Origin: Malacoraja senta
Taxonomy: Eukaryota
Assembly: GCA_038087875.1 (NCBI GenBank)
Contig: CM075993.1
Coordinates: 2,792,001 to 2,856,000, forward strand
Direction: 5' to 3'
DNA: 64,000 bases
Position numbers and translations under genes: made by a program. Below the pieces are notes generated by a model. That model was given only the letters and a program-made list of their open reading frames with translations, was not told where the DNA came from and searched no databases. Below are positions 1 through 11,210 of the stretch, piece after piece (the stretch's first letter is position 1; every line of letters starts with the position of its first letter).

Positions 1-119
1 GAATTAGCTGACGTTTTTCTAAACCCTGTTCCGCCACGGGATTTGTCCCAGCGTTGACCTTTACTTTAACAATTCACAAGACTTTGGATGTTTGAAAAGT
101 GAAAGCGTTTTGAAAAACT

Positions 120-360
120 CTTCGCCCCACCGTGTCCGCGCCGACCAGCGATCCCGGCACATTAACACTATCCTACACACACTAGGGACAATTTGCACAT
201 ACACCAAGCCAGTTAGCCGGCAAACCTGCACGTCTTTGGAGTGCGGGAGGAAACCGAAGATCTCGGAGAAAACCCACGCGGGTCACGGGGAGAACAGACA
301 AACTCCGTACAGACAGCACCCCGTAGTCGGGTTCGAACCCGGGTCTCCGGTGCTGCGCCA
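120..360 (-). mobile_element. HE1/V-SINE-like tRNA-derived SINE, partial
   Basis: Reverse complement matches the SINE body seen at 44847-45128 (B-box-like GGTTCGAACCC, TTTCCTCCC..ACTCCAAAGACG core, GGGATCGCTGGTCGGCGCGGAC). Confidence 0.8.
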
Positions 361-551
361 ACATGCTGCCCCTGGTACACCATGAAAACTGGCCCTTCGG
401 CCCACTTAATCCAGACCGACCATCGAACACCCGTTCACTCCAGCTCCATGTTATCCCATTTTCACATCCACTTCTACATATTTGGGGCAATTTTTACAGA
501 GAGACAATTAGCCAACAAACCTGCACGTCTTTGGGATGGGAGAGGTAACAT

Positions 552-579
552 CTGAAGACGGGACTCGACCCGAAACGTC
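552..579 (+). ncRNA. Minimal hammerhead ribozyme motif in PLE terminal repeat (variant)
   Basis: CTGAAGA-C-GGGACTCGACCC-GAAAC-GTC, followed by the PLE 3' repeat (CCATTCCTTCTCTCCAGAGATGCTGCC). Stem II has a mismatch. Confidence 0.5.
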
Positions 580-1149
580 AACCATTCCTTCTCTCCAGAG
601 ATGCTGCCTGTCCCGCTGAGTTACGCCAGCATTTTGTGTCTATCTTTGGCCGATTTCCTTTGCTGAACCAGCTGTGTTTTTACAATATGGGCGGCACGGT
701 GGCACAGTGGTGGACTTACTATCTTACAGCGCGAGAGATTCATCCAGAGATGCTGCCTGTCCCGCTGAGTTACTCCAGCATTTTGTGTCGATCACACCCA
801 CTCACACTTGTTCTATGTTCTCCCGCTTTCTCATCCACACCCTACACACTAGGGGGCAATTTACTGAGGCCAATTACCCTACAAACCCGCACGTCTTTGG
901 GATGTGGGAGCCCCCGTAGAAAACCCACCCAGTCACAGGGAGAACATGCAGACTCCACACAGACAGCACCCGAGGTCAGGTTCGAACCTGGGTCACTGGA
1001 GCCATGAGGCAGCGGCTCTGTCAGCTGTGCCTCTATGCTGTCCATTGGATAGAATGGACTGGTGGCGCAGTGGTAGAACCCCAGAGACCCAGGTTCGATC
1101 CCGACTACGGGTGCTGTCTGTATAGAGCTGATACATTCAGCTCTATACA

Positions 1150-1238
1150 GACTATTTTCTGTTGTGCTGAAGCAAAGCAAGAATTTCATTGTCCTACCAG
1201 GGACACATGACAATAAACTCACTTGACTTGACTTGACA
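1150..1238 (+). mobile_element. Rex1/Babar-like LINE 3' tail
   Basis: GAATTTCATTGT...CACATGACAATAAA followed by a (CTTGA)n tail; a similar tail is at 47685-47765. Confidence 0.55.
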
Positions 1239-1447
1239 TTCTCCTCGTGACTTGCGTGGGATTTCTCCGCGATATTCCCAAGATGGGAAGAATAGCCTCC
1301 TCCCGTGGGAACAACAAGAGAGTCACTGTAATGCTTTCCCTGTCTGGGACGTAGATATATTAGTTGAAGATAGGCATCAAATGCTGGAGTAACTCAGCGG
1401 GACTGGCAGCATCTGTGGAGAGAAGGAATGGGTGACGTTTTGGATCG

Positions 1448-1842
1448 AGAATTTAGAAGGATGAGATGGGATCTTTTTGAAACATATAAGATTATTAAGG
1501 GTTTGGACAAGTTAGAGGCCCGATGTTGGGGGAGTCCAGAACCGGGGGTCACAGTAAGGAGTAAGCCATTTAGAACGGAGACGAGGAAACACTTTTTCAC
1601 ACAGAGAGTTGTGAGTCTGTGGAATTCTCTGCCTCAGAGAATTCCACAGACTCACAACTCTCTGTGTGATAATTTTGCGAGAGAGCTAGATAGGGCTCTT
1701 AAAGATAGCAGAGTCAGGGGATATGGGGAGAAGGCAGGGACGGGGTACTGATTGTAGATGATCAGCCATGATCACATTGAATGGCGGTGCTGGCTCGAAG
1801 TCTGAATGGCCTACTCCTGCACCTATTGTCTATTGTCTATTG
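1448..1842 (+). mobile_element. CR1 (HER1-like) LINE 3' fragment with internal fold-back
   Basis: Encodes ORF2 C-terminus (RRMRWDLFETYKIIKG...FFTQRVVSLWNSLP...GYGEKAGTGY*), then the 3' UTR and (TATTGTC)n tail. Confidence 0.9.
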
Positions 1843-2571
1843 AGACTCTTCTTCAGACTGATGTCAGGGGAGGCACCTTCTGTCTGATGTCACCTTCTCT
1901 CCAGAGACGCTGCCTGTCCCGCTGAGTAACTCCAGCAATTTTGTGTCCATCTTCGATTCGAACCAGCATCTGCAGTTCCTTCCTTCACATCCGAGAAATA
2001 TTAGTTGTCTAGCCAAGATTTAATTGAATGGTGGAATTGGCATGAGGGGCCGAATGGCCTAATTTGGCTTCTACTCCTCACGATCTACGTTCTAGTATTG
2101 CCAAGAGTTTGTGAGGGTCATGAACCAGCCGTGGGCTTTGGGTACTGGTACAAAGCCTCTTTTAACAGCAGAAACCACTGGTGACCTGGGAACACATGTC
2201 ACATTTAATTAAGAGGCATATATTGTCAGGGTTAATTTCCACTGGGTTAGTTCTGTCAAAATCCACTTGCACCAGAGGATGTGGACAAGCTGTGAATAAG
2301 AGATTCAGTAGCAGAGGGTCGCAAAGGTTTGTGTTACATTATGAGGGGAAGGAAGCTCTCATATTTGGGAGTTCATCGGCTATATTTAAGAGGGAGTTAG
2401 ATGTGGCCCTTGTGGCTAAAGGGATCAGGGGGTATGGAGAGAAGGCAGGTACGGGATACTGAGTTGGATGATCAGCCATGATCATATTGAATGGCGGTGC
2501 AGGCTCGAAGGGCCGAATGGCCTACTCCTGCACCTATTGTCTATGTTTCTATATAAAATTAGCACATTTGG

Positions 2572-2840
2572 GCAGCGCCAGTGACCAGGGTTCAATCCCG
2601 ACTACGGGTGCTGTCTGTACGGAGTTTGTACGTTCTCCGCGTGCGTTTCCTCCGAGATCTTCGGTTTCCTCCCACACTCCAAAGACGTACAGGTTTGTCG
2701 GTTAACTGGCTTGGTGTAAATGTATAAATTGTCCCTCGTGTGTGTAGGGTAGTGTTAGTGTGCCGGGGATCGCTGGTCCGAAGGACTCGATGGGCCGAAG
2801 GGCCTGTTCCGGCGCTGTATCTCCAAACTAAACGAAACGA
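2572..2840 (+). mobile_element. HE1/V-SINE-like SINE, 5' truncated
   Basis: B-box GGTTCAATCCC, conserved core, CR1-derived tail GGGCCGAAGGGCCTGTT...CTGTATCTC and (AAACT/AAACG)n end. Confidence 0.85.
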
Positions 2841-2873
2841 AATTTTCCGCAATCACACATTTACAATCAGTTG

Positions 2874-3523
2874 TTTAAGAGGGAACTGCAGATGCTGCAA
2901 AAATCGAAGGTAGACAAAAATGCTGGAGAAACTCAGCGGGTGAGGCAGCATCTATGGAGCGAAGGAAATAGGCAACGTTTCGGGTCGAAACCCTGGAGGA
3001 AATAGGCAACGTTTCGGGTCGAAACCCTGGAGGAAATAGGCAACGTTTCGGGTCGAAACCCTGGAGGAAATAGGCAACGTTTCGGGTCGAAACCCTGGAG
3101 GAAATAGGCAACGTTTCGGGTCGAAACCCTGGAGGAAATAGGCAACGTTTCGGGTCGAAACCCTGGAGGAAATAGGCAACGTTTCGGGTCGAAACCCTGG
3201 AGGAAATAGGCAATGTTTCGGGTCGAAACCCTGGAGGAAATAGGCAACGTTTCGGGTCGAAACCCTGGAGGAAATAGGCAACGTTTCGGGTCGAAACCCT
3301 GGAGGAAATAGGCAACGTTTCGGGTCGAAACCCTGGAGGAAATAGGCAATGTTTCGGGTCGAAACCCTGGAGGAAATAGGCAACGTTTCGGGTCGAAACC
3401 CTGGAGGAAATAGGCAACGTTTCGGGTCGAAACCCTGAAGGGTTTCGACCCGAAACGTTGTCTATTTCCTTCACTCCATAGATGCTGCCTCACCTGCTGA
3501 GTTTCTCCAGCACTTTTGTCTAC
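2874..3523. mobile_element. Non-autonomous Penelope-like fold-back element with internal 34-bp tandem array
   Basis: Two inverted PLE 3'-repeat arms; 14-bp TSD TTTACAATCAGTTG at 2860-2873 and 3524-3537. Confidence 0.85.
2964..3436. repeat. Minisatellite, 14 x 34 bp
   Basis: Unit GGAAATAGGCAACGTTTCGGGTCGAAACCCTGGA; copies start at 2964, 2998 ... 3406. Confidence 0.95.
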
Positions 3524-3589
3524 TTTACAATCAGTTGAAAACTTTTGTTATCAGGGCTTACGAAGCACTGCTCAACTGGAGAGTTTTGC

Positions 3590-4078
3590 CACAAGGCAAC
3601 TAAAGGTCAAGACAAAGGAACAGAACCTCATATTTCGCTTGGGCAGCTTACACCCCAGCGGTACGAACATTGCCTTCTCTCACTTCAAGTCACCCATTGC
3701 TTTCCCTCTCTCTCCATCCCTCCCCCTTCCCAGTTCTCCCACCAGTCTGACCGTCTCCGACTACATTCTATCTCTGGTGGACAAAAGTGCTGGGGAAACT
3801 CAGCTGGGTGCGGCAGCGTCTATGGAGCGAAGGAAATAGGCAACGTTTCGGGCCGAAACCCTTCTTCATTATATCTCTGTTTGCTTTGTTGTCACCTTCT
3901 CCCAGCTAACAACGATCTCTTCCACAATGTCCTTGATCACCATTCCCTTTGCCCCGTCGTCACACCTTGCTCTTCCTTATCTATGTGCCTCCCTACCCCC
4001 TGACGGCCCGAAACGTCACCCATTCCTTCTCTCCAGAGATGCTGCCTGAGTTACTCCGACGTTTTGTGTCCATCTTCA
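3590..4078 (+). mobile_element. Penelope-like element 3' fragment with nested inverted PLE piece
   Basis: Encodes the degenerate C-terminus EQNLIFRLGSLHPSGTNIAFSHFK, matching the end of ORF 13272-13598. Nested piece ~3777-3867 is flanked by CATT(C/A)TATCTCTG. Confidence 0.8.
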
Positions 4079-4856
4079 GTTGTACGGTGTGGTATCCACG
4101 GACTTGATACATGATCTGGCTCCAGCCAGTACTCATTACCTGAAGGTTTACATGTTAGAGACAAACCTCCAGGTCTTTAGCTGTTGTAATGTTGGTTTGC
4201 AGTTAGATTTCTTCACCCCACTGTTCGTTGGGTACGATCATGGCTGGCACTCAAAGTGCCGACAACAGCAGAAGATTATGGGCTTACACTTTGCATTGAT
4301 ACCGAGCATATGGCTTGGAGTTTGGGAACTGCCAAGGCAGTGTCTGATAATTGTAGTGGGACCTGTGTGTTCTCAGTGGTACGTCTGATGGATGAAGGAA
4401 TCGCACTGATGAGTCATTTGAACACGGGCAATGACGGAGGAATGAGGAGGTGGTTGTTTGGGCAAGGGAAATATGCGATAGATGTTGGCTTTCATTATAT
4501 CCCCACTTTCCCACCCAGCTCAAGGGTTGCAATAGCTGTTATTTAGATTTCCATTACCACACAGGAGTCCATTTAGTTTGAAGATAGGCGCAAAACGCTG
4601 GAGTAACTCAGCGGGACAGGCAGCATCTCTGGCGAGAAGGAACGGGTGATGTTTCGTGTCGAGACCCTTCTTCAGATTTAATAGGAAGCTGAGGGGTAAC
4701 AACATTACACAATGGGTGTGATGAAAGGGCTGCTGGAGGAAGTAGTTGAGGCTGGGACTGTCCCAACACTGGGAGACGTTTAATATGTGGTCAGGCCATT
4801 TGTCGCGTTGGGTGGAGGTTCTGTTTCCCTGCTGCATAGCTGCACGACTCTATGGG

Positions 4857-5302
4857 GATTTACGAGGATGTTGCCAGGACTAGAGGGTGTGAGCTACAGG
4901 GAGTGGTTGAGCAGGCTGGGACTCTATTCCTTGGAGCGCAGAAGGATGAGGGGTGATCGTATAGAGGTGTACAAAATCACGAGAGGAATAGATCGGGTAA
5001 ACGCACAGAGTCTCTTGCCCAGAGTAGGGGAATCGAGGACCAGAGGACAAAGGATTAAAATGAAGGGGAAAAGATTTGATAGGAATCCGAGGGGTAGCTT
5101 TTTCACACAAATGGTGGTGGGTGTATGGAACGAGCTGCCAGAGGAGGTAGTTGAGGCTGGGACTATACCAACGTTTAAGTAAGGTACAGGTTTGGAGGGA
5201 TATGGACCAAGCGCAGGCAGGTGGGACTAGTGTAGCTGGGACGTGCTGGCCCGTGGGGGGCAAGTTGGGCCGAAGGGCCTGTTTCCACGCTGTATCACTC
5301 TA
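4857..5302 (+). mobile_element. CR1 LINE 3' fragment (subfamily sharing its tail with the SINE)
   Basis: [33 protein letters not shown]...WNELPEEVVEAGTI; 3' end GGGCCGAAGGGCCTGTTTCCACGCTGTATC is shared with the SINE tail. Confidence 0.9.
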
Positions 5303-6504
5303 TTTCCCTTGTCCCCCTCTCCCCATATCTCGGCACGATGCTCCCTTGTACAGGCTTCCACCGGGAAGTCCGGGCCTCTTGGCAACTGGTCGTCAAGTTT
5401 GATAGGAAAAGTCTGGGCCAAGTTTCTATTGGCGGCTCGGAGGAGGATATGACAGATTAGAAAAGAGTTTTAGAAAATTCCACAGACTCACCACTCCCTG
5501 TGAGAAAAAGTGAACTGAAGAAGTCTGAAGAAGGGGCTCGACCCGAAAAACGTCGCCCATTCCTGGCTTGAGATTTTTGCCGACAATCCCAGACGCCAGC
5601 ATTCTTCTCAGAAAAGTAATTGGACTAAAACCTCAGGTGTCTGAAGACCCTGGTGACATTCCATTGCAGAAATCCACCTTAGATGTGAGTGAGCGATAGC
5701 AGGAAATACGCCTTGACCTTCATCATAACAAGAATAAATGCTGTACAAAACTTCATCTATTGGCATCAGGCATCTTGCTGACAACTGCTGATGGAATCAG
5801 CTGGCAATCAAATAACCTTTGCAGCGGCAGAAGCACATTGAGGGGAAGAGACAAAGGGACGCAGACAAGTCCAAATGATATCATCGGAATGCAAATGAAA
5901 TTGCTGAAGGTAAGCTATATCAATGCAAATGCAAAAATCTCATCTCCATAAAAAGCGTCGCCACTTCTTCTGGCAGCTGACAATTTCAGCTCTAACCTTT
6001 TCCCATTTGACTGCCAGCAGTATTAAAAATGACTATTTCTGCTTTTTGCAACAAAAAAACAAACAGGGTTCTCTTGACCCTCTCTTGTCCATTTTTCAGT
6101 CAAGTGTTTAAGAGGGAACTGCAGATGCTGGAAAGTCGAAGGTAGACAAAAGTGCTGGAGAAACTCAGCGGGTGCAGCAGCATCTATGGAGCGAAGGAAA
6201 TAGGCAACGTTTCGGGACGAAACCCTTCTTCCGACATGGGGAGAAGGCAGGAACGGGGTAGTGATTGTGGATGATCAACCATGATCACAGTGAATGGCGG
6301 TGCTGGCTCGAAGGGTCGAATGGTCTACTCCTGCACCTATTGTCTATTGTCTATTTTTCCTACTCAAACTGCCGAATCTTTCCAGGAAAACGGCAGCAAC
6401 AGGCCAAAAGTAATGAAAGTAAACTCGATGATAAATCTCTGTTGCAAAAAGCAGGTGGGACCGTGTTTTTAAAAAATTCATGTCGTGGATGTGGCCATCG
6501 GTTC

Positions 6505-6683
6505 AGTTTCAGGCTAGTTTATTGTCACATGTACCGAGGTACGGTGAAAAGCTTTTGTCGTGGGCAAACCAGCCAGGGGGGGAAATACATGATTACGGTC
6601 GATCCATCCACAGTGTACAGACCAGACACATGATAAGGGAATAACCTTTAATGTAAGGTAAAGCCAGCAAGGTCCGATCAAAG
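6505..6683 (-). mobile_element. Rex1/Babar-like LINE 3' UTR
   Basis: Reverse complement of ...AAAAGCTTTTCACCGTACCTCGGTACATGTGACAATAAA; homologous to 39510-39790. Confidence 0.65.
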
Positions 6684-6981
6684 TGTTTAAGAAGGAACTG
6701 CAGATGCTGGAAAATCGAAGGTAGACAAAAATGCTGGAGAAACTCAGCGGGTGCAGCAGCATCTATGGAGCGAAGGAAATAGGCAACGTTTCGGGCCGAA
6801 ACCCTGAAGGAAATAGGCAACGTTTCGGGCCGAAACCCGGAAGGGTTTCGGCCCGAAACGTTGCCTATTTCCTTCGCTCCATAGATGCTGCTGCACCCGC
6901 TGAGTTTCTCCAAGGTAGACAAAATTGCTGCATCTATGGAGCGAAGGAAATAGGCAACGTTTCGGGCCGAAACCCTTCTTC
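6684..6981. mobile_element. Penelope-like fold-back terminal-repeat cluster
   Basis: Inverted arms centred on CCCGGAAGGG (~6836-6845), plus an extra partial arm. Confidence 0.8.
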
Positions 6982-6999
6982 AAACTTCTTCAGTTCACT

Positions 7000-7248
7000 T
7001 TTTCTCACACAGAGAGTGGTGAGTCTGTGGAATTCTCTGCCTCAGAGGGCGGTGGAGGCAGGTTCTCTGGATGCTTTCAAGAGAGAGCTAGATAGGGCTC
7101 TTAAAGATAGCGGAGTCAGGGGATATGGGGAGAAGGCAGGAACGGGGTACTGATTGGGGATGATCAGCCATGATCAAATTGAATGGCGGTGCTGGCTCGA
7201 AGGGCCGAATGGCCTACTCCTGCACCCGTTGTCTATTGTCTATTGTCT
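7000..7248 (+). mobile_element. CR1 LINE 3' fragment
   Basis: TQRVVSLWNSLPQRAVEAGSLDAFKRELD...GTGY*, 3' UTR and tail. Confidence 0.9.
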
Positions 7249-7726
7249 AAGAGTCTCGACCCGAAACGTCACCCATTCCTTCCATCCAGAGGTGCTGCCT
7301 GTCCCGTTGAGTTACTCCGACATTTGTGTGTCTATATCTGCTGAATAACCCCACTCCTTAATCAAAAGTTCAAGAACAAAGTGAATTCTTACCACGCGAA
7401 GGAACACGGCAGGAACCGAGGAACTGTTGGCAAGGTGCTGGCGGCGTTTGAGGTGACCTTCAGTTTAAAAGGAGCGGAAAAGATTGCGGGAAAGGTCAGA
7501 GCTCATGGGTTGTCACGGTAACCTCCCTTTGAAGGACAAATCCTCTGAGAGGCACGACAGTGCTTTGAAAGAATGATCTAAAGCTGGAGGAAGTGATTGA
7601 GATGTCTGCACTCGAATATTAAAAGGGTCCCAATGGTACATCGCTCAGCCAGACTCCAGGTGTCATTTGGCCTGTAGTTACGCTCTCCTTGGCATGAACT
7701 TCACCACTATTAGGCTGCCTTTCCAA

Positions 7727-8231
7727 CATATAAGATTATTAAGGGTTTGGACACGGTAGAGTCAGGGGATATGGGGAGAAGGCAGGAACGGGGTACTGAT
7801 TGGGGATGATCAGCCATGATCATATTGAATGGCGGTGCTGGCTCGAAGGGCCAAATGGCCTACTCCTGCACCTATTGTCTATTGTCTATAGAGGCAGGAA
7901 ACATGCTCCCGATGTTGGGGGAGTCCAGAACCAGGGGCCACAGTTTAAGAATAAGGGGTAAGCCATTCAGAACGGAGACAAGGAAACACTTTTGCTCACA
8001 GAGAGTGGTGAGTCTGTGGAATTCTCTGCGTCAGAGGGCGGTGGAGGCCGGTTTGGATACTTTCAAGAGAGAGCTAGATAGGGCTCTTAAAGATAGCGGA
8101 GTCAGGGGATATGGGGAGAAGGCAGGAACGGGGTACTGATCGGGGATGATCAGCCATGATCACATTGAATGGTGGTGCTGGCTCGAAGGGCTGAATGGCC
8201 TACTCCTGCACCTATTGTCTATTGTCTATTG
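7727..8231 (+). mobile_element. Two nested/tandem CR1 3' fragments
   Basis: Two copies of the GGGGATATGGGGAGAAGGCAGG...CCTATTGTCTATTGTC 3' end. Confidence 0.85.
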
Positions 8232-8250
8232 CTCCTACAATTAATGCTTG

Positions 8251-8853
8251 ATGCGCCGAGGAGTTCCCTGCAACCTGTTCCTCTCGCGGCTCACAGACTC
8301 GCCAGCCGCCTGCCACTATTTGCGGGCTGGAAGAGTCTGTGTTCCACGTGTATATGGAGTGCGTGAGGGCTGCAACCCCTGTTCCAATACCTAAAGGGGC
8401 TGCTCCTTGCCTGCTGGCGGGACCCCTCACCCGCCACCCTCATCTTTGGACACCCAGTGCGTAGGGGAGAGGGTAGGGTTGAAGGTGTCCCTGGTTGGGG
8501 CAGGCTCCTGGGCCTGGCCAAGCTCGCCATCCGCGAGTCACGGTGCCAGGCGGAAGAGAGCTCTGCCCGAGCCAGCTGCCTGCCCCTTTTTCCATGGTTA
8601 CGTCCGAGCCCAGGTGGCACTAGAAAGGGACTACGCGCTGTCCACAGGCACCCTGGGGGGTTTCCGGGACCGCTGGACACCGCGGGGGGTGGAATCCATC
8701 CTCAATAAGAATTGTATTATAGTTATTTGAAAATTTAATGTCTTGGATCATTTGATCATTTTGTACTATAGTAATGGTTATGTCACCACAGTTTTTTTTA
8801 TTGTGTTGCTTTGTATCGTAATTGAATAACTTATTTTTTATACCAAAAAAAAA
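8251..8853 (+). mobile_element. Tx1 (L1-group) non-LTR retrotransposon, 5'-truncated
   Basis: Frameshifted ORF2 C-terminus with CCHC-like knuckle (C..CGLEESVFHVYMEC) and LLGLAKLAI...YVRAQVALE...FRDRW; U-rich 3' UTR; poly(A); TSD TAATGCTTG at 8242-8250 and 8854-8862. Confidence 0.8.
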
Positions 8854-9416
8854 TAATGCTTGCTATGTCTTTTTTTCCGTTAAAAGTGGTTGGAAAAAAA
8901 AATGTGTTCACGCTGCGTCGGCAAGGCCAGCAGTGAAATCAGGGACCAGTCTCACCCCCGGACACTCCCTCTTCCATCAGCAGAGAGGTACAGAAGTAGA
9001 AAAACAAACACTTATGACCAAACGGTGCAGTAGACTCGATGGGCCGAATGGCCTCGTTCTGTCCTCCTCTGACTTGCGAACGTGTGAATGTATTTCAAAC
9101 GTCCACCCGTATTTTTGTGATGGGGGGAAGAATGTTCCGTAGAGAACATTAACGATCTCGACGCAAAGCTGCTGAGACCACAGACTCAATCGGAGATTCC
9201 AAAAGTGCCATTGATTTTTGCTATGTAAGGGCATTAAGCGATATCGAACCGGAGCGTGTAAATTTAGTTGGACACAGCTTAACCCTGGGCTAAAATGAGC
9301 GGAGGGGTCAGAACTGCAAGATCTGATCGTTCTCTGATGTGTTCAAGAGAGAGTTCAGGGCCTGTCCCACTTGGCCGTTCCTTCTCTCCAGAGATGCTGC
9401 CTGCCCCGCTGAGTTA

Positions 9417-10074
9417 AGGGCCTGTCCCACTTGCGTGTCCTTGGCACGCAAATTCCGCGAGCTCATCATCGCGTTGAGGCGCACGGGCATCGTGTGGCCG
9501 CGCGGGGCCGGTCCCACTGAGAAGCGCGGAGGTGTATGTAGTTGTGCGCGGTATCGCGCGGCGCTCCCGAAATTTTGTAGGGAACGAAATCTTCGCGTAA
9601 CTGACGGCCAAAGTGGGACAGGCCCAAGGCTCTGGCGCGACGCAACGGCTCACCTCCAACAGCAGCAGAAGGAGCAGGCAAACGATCGCCGAGCTCGGCC
9701 TGGGGCTCACGGCCGTTTGCGGTCCTGATCCGCCCCCCCACTTCTACTCCCAGAGCGGGGCCAAGAAAATTGAAGATGGACACAAAATGCTGGAGTAACT
9801 CAGCGGGACAGGCAGCATCTCTGGAGAGAAGGAATGGGGTCAAGACCCTTCTTTCAGACTGAAGAACAGTCTCGACCCGAAACGTCACCCATTGCTTCTC
9901 TCCAGAGATGCTTCCGGTCCCGGTGAGTTACTCCAGCATTTTGTGTCCATCTTCAAATGACGTCACGCGCTCCAGACGGCTGTGCGGGCGCATGAAATCG
10001 CGCGTGACCTTCGCGCCTCAACGCGACCACAAGGTCACGTAATTAGCGTGCCAAGGACACGTGGGACAGGGGCT
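9417..10074. mobile_element. PIF/Harbinger-type MITE with nested PLE palindrome
   Basis: TIRs AGGGCCTGTCCCACTTGCGTGTCCTTGGCACGC / GCGTGCCAAGGACACGTGGGACAGGGGCT; flanks TTA (9414-9416) and TGA (10075-10077). It splits a PLE repeat at GAGTTA|CTCC; a PLE inverted repeat is nested at ~9770-9956. Confidence 0.75.
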
Positions 10075-10709
10075 TGACTCCAGCATTTTGCGACTGCCTT
10101 CGATTTAAACCAGCGTCCGCAGTTTTTTCCTACTGAGTTACTCCAGCACTTTGTGTCTGTTTTAGTATTTGTTTTTAATGCTAGACACCGTCAATTTAAT
10201 TTATAGTTTTGAGGAGGAAACGGTTGCTATGCTTACTTTATTATTGACATCGGTGACTGATAGCCACCGATGTGCACTAATTCACCATTCTGTCAGGGAG
10301 AGTGAATTTCTGGAGCCTTATCTAAAGTCTGACAGTCAGGCCCTGCTTAATCAGTGTGAGCTCTGGCAACTGTGTCACCCTGTATGTGGTGGTTAATTAA
10401 GGAAAGTCTATTAACACCAGCACAGCATCAACGTAGAGAACCGTATTTAATGCTATCTCATTAAACTGCTGTTCCTCAAGGAAGTGTATATTTACTCTCT
10501 CCCTCACTGACAATGGATGCACTTTTATCCGTGCCCGCATACCCACCAGTGGCACGGTGGCGCAGCTGGTAGAGTTGCTGCGTCACAGCGCCGGAGACCC
10601 GGGTTCGATCCTGACCTCAGCTGCTGTCTGTGTGGAGTTCATACCTTCTTCCGGTGACCACGAGGGTTTTCTCTGGGTGCTCAGGTTTCCTCCCACGTCG
10701 CAAAGATGC

Positions 10710-11210
10710 GCAAACGGTCAAAACGAGGGACAAATTCCCGACGGCAGTTCGTCGACCGACTCGGCCGTGGCTGGGTGGGTGAATGACGAGTTGGCCCCGG
10801 GTGCTGGACTGCACACAAAGCCCAGCCGGCGGGCCAGCTGAGGAGTTTTGGCCCGGGCCGCGCGGCGTCGCGCGCTAAGTCCGGCCCCCCCCCATCCAAC
10901 TCATGAACCATGAGAAGGAGGGGGGGTGGTGGTGGTGTCGCCGGTAAGCGAAGGTCTGAAGGTCGGACAGCTGGCCGGGCTGCCGACCGACCGACGGGGC
11001 CACGGGCGAGGCGCTGCTGCTGCTGCACTCCACGGGCTGCACTACGTCGGGACGGGTGAGGCGGGGCCAGACGCGGCGCTCCGACCCGACAGCCCCCTCG
11101 ACCCGGGTAGTAGCAGTCAAATACGGGACAAGGGCGGTCCCGTATGGGACAAACCAATTTAGCCCAATATACGGGATGTCCCGGCTAATACGGGACAGTT
11201 GGCAAACCTA
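10710..11210 (-). mobile_element. hAT (Blackjack-like) non-autonomous DNA transposon, one end retained
   Basis: Minus-strand terminus TAGGTTTGCCAACTGTCCCGTATTAGCCGGGAC with repeated TCCCGTAT subterminal motifs; GC/CpG-rich body. Confidence 0.55.

Noticed and set aside
2964..3436. CRISPR-like array of ~34-bp palindromic repeats
   Set aside because: There are no unique spacers and no cas genes; the context is eukaryotic and the unit derives from the PLE terminal repeat.
2875..3493. Repetitive ORFs (GFRPETLPIS, MLEKLSGCSSIYGAKEIG and similar, throughout)
   Set aside because: They are chance open frames in non-coding PLE terminal repeats.
7380..7725. Possible ancient LINE remnant (also ~4080-4545)
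   Set aside because: Too diverged to assign by eye; needs RepeatMasker or tBLASTn.
9417..11210. CpG-island promoter (also 57595-57995 and 62513-62842)
   Set aside because: The GC/CpG-rich tracts are bounded by transposon termini and have no associated exon.
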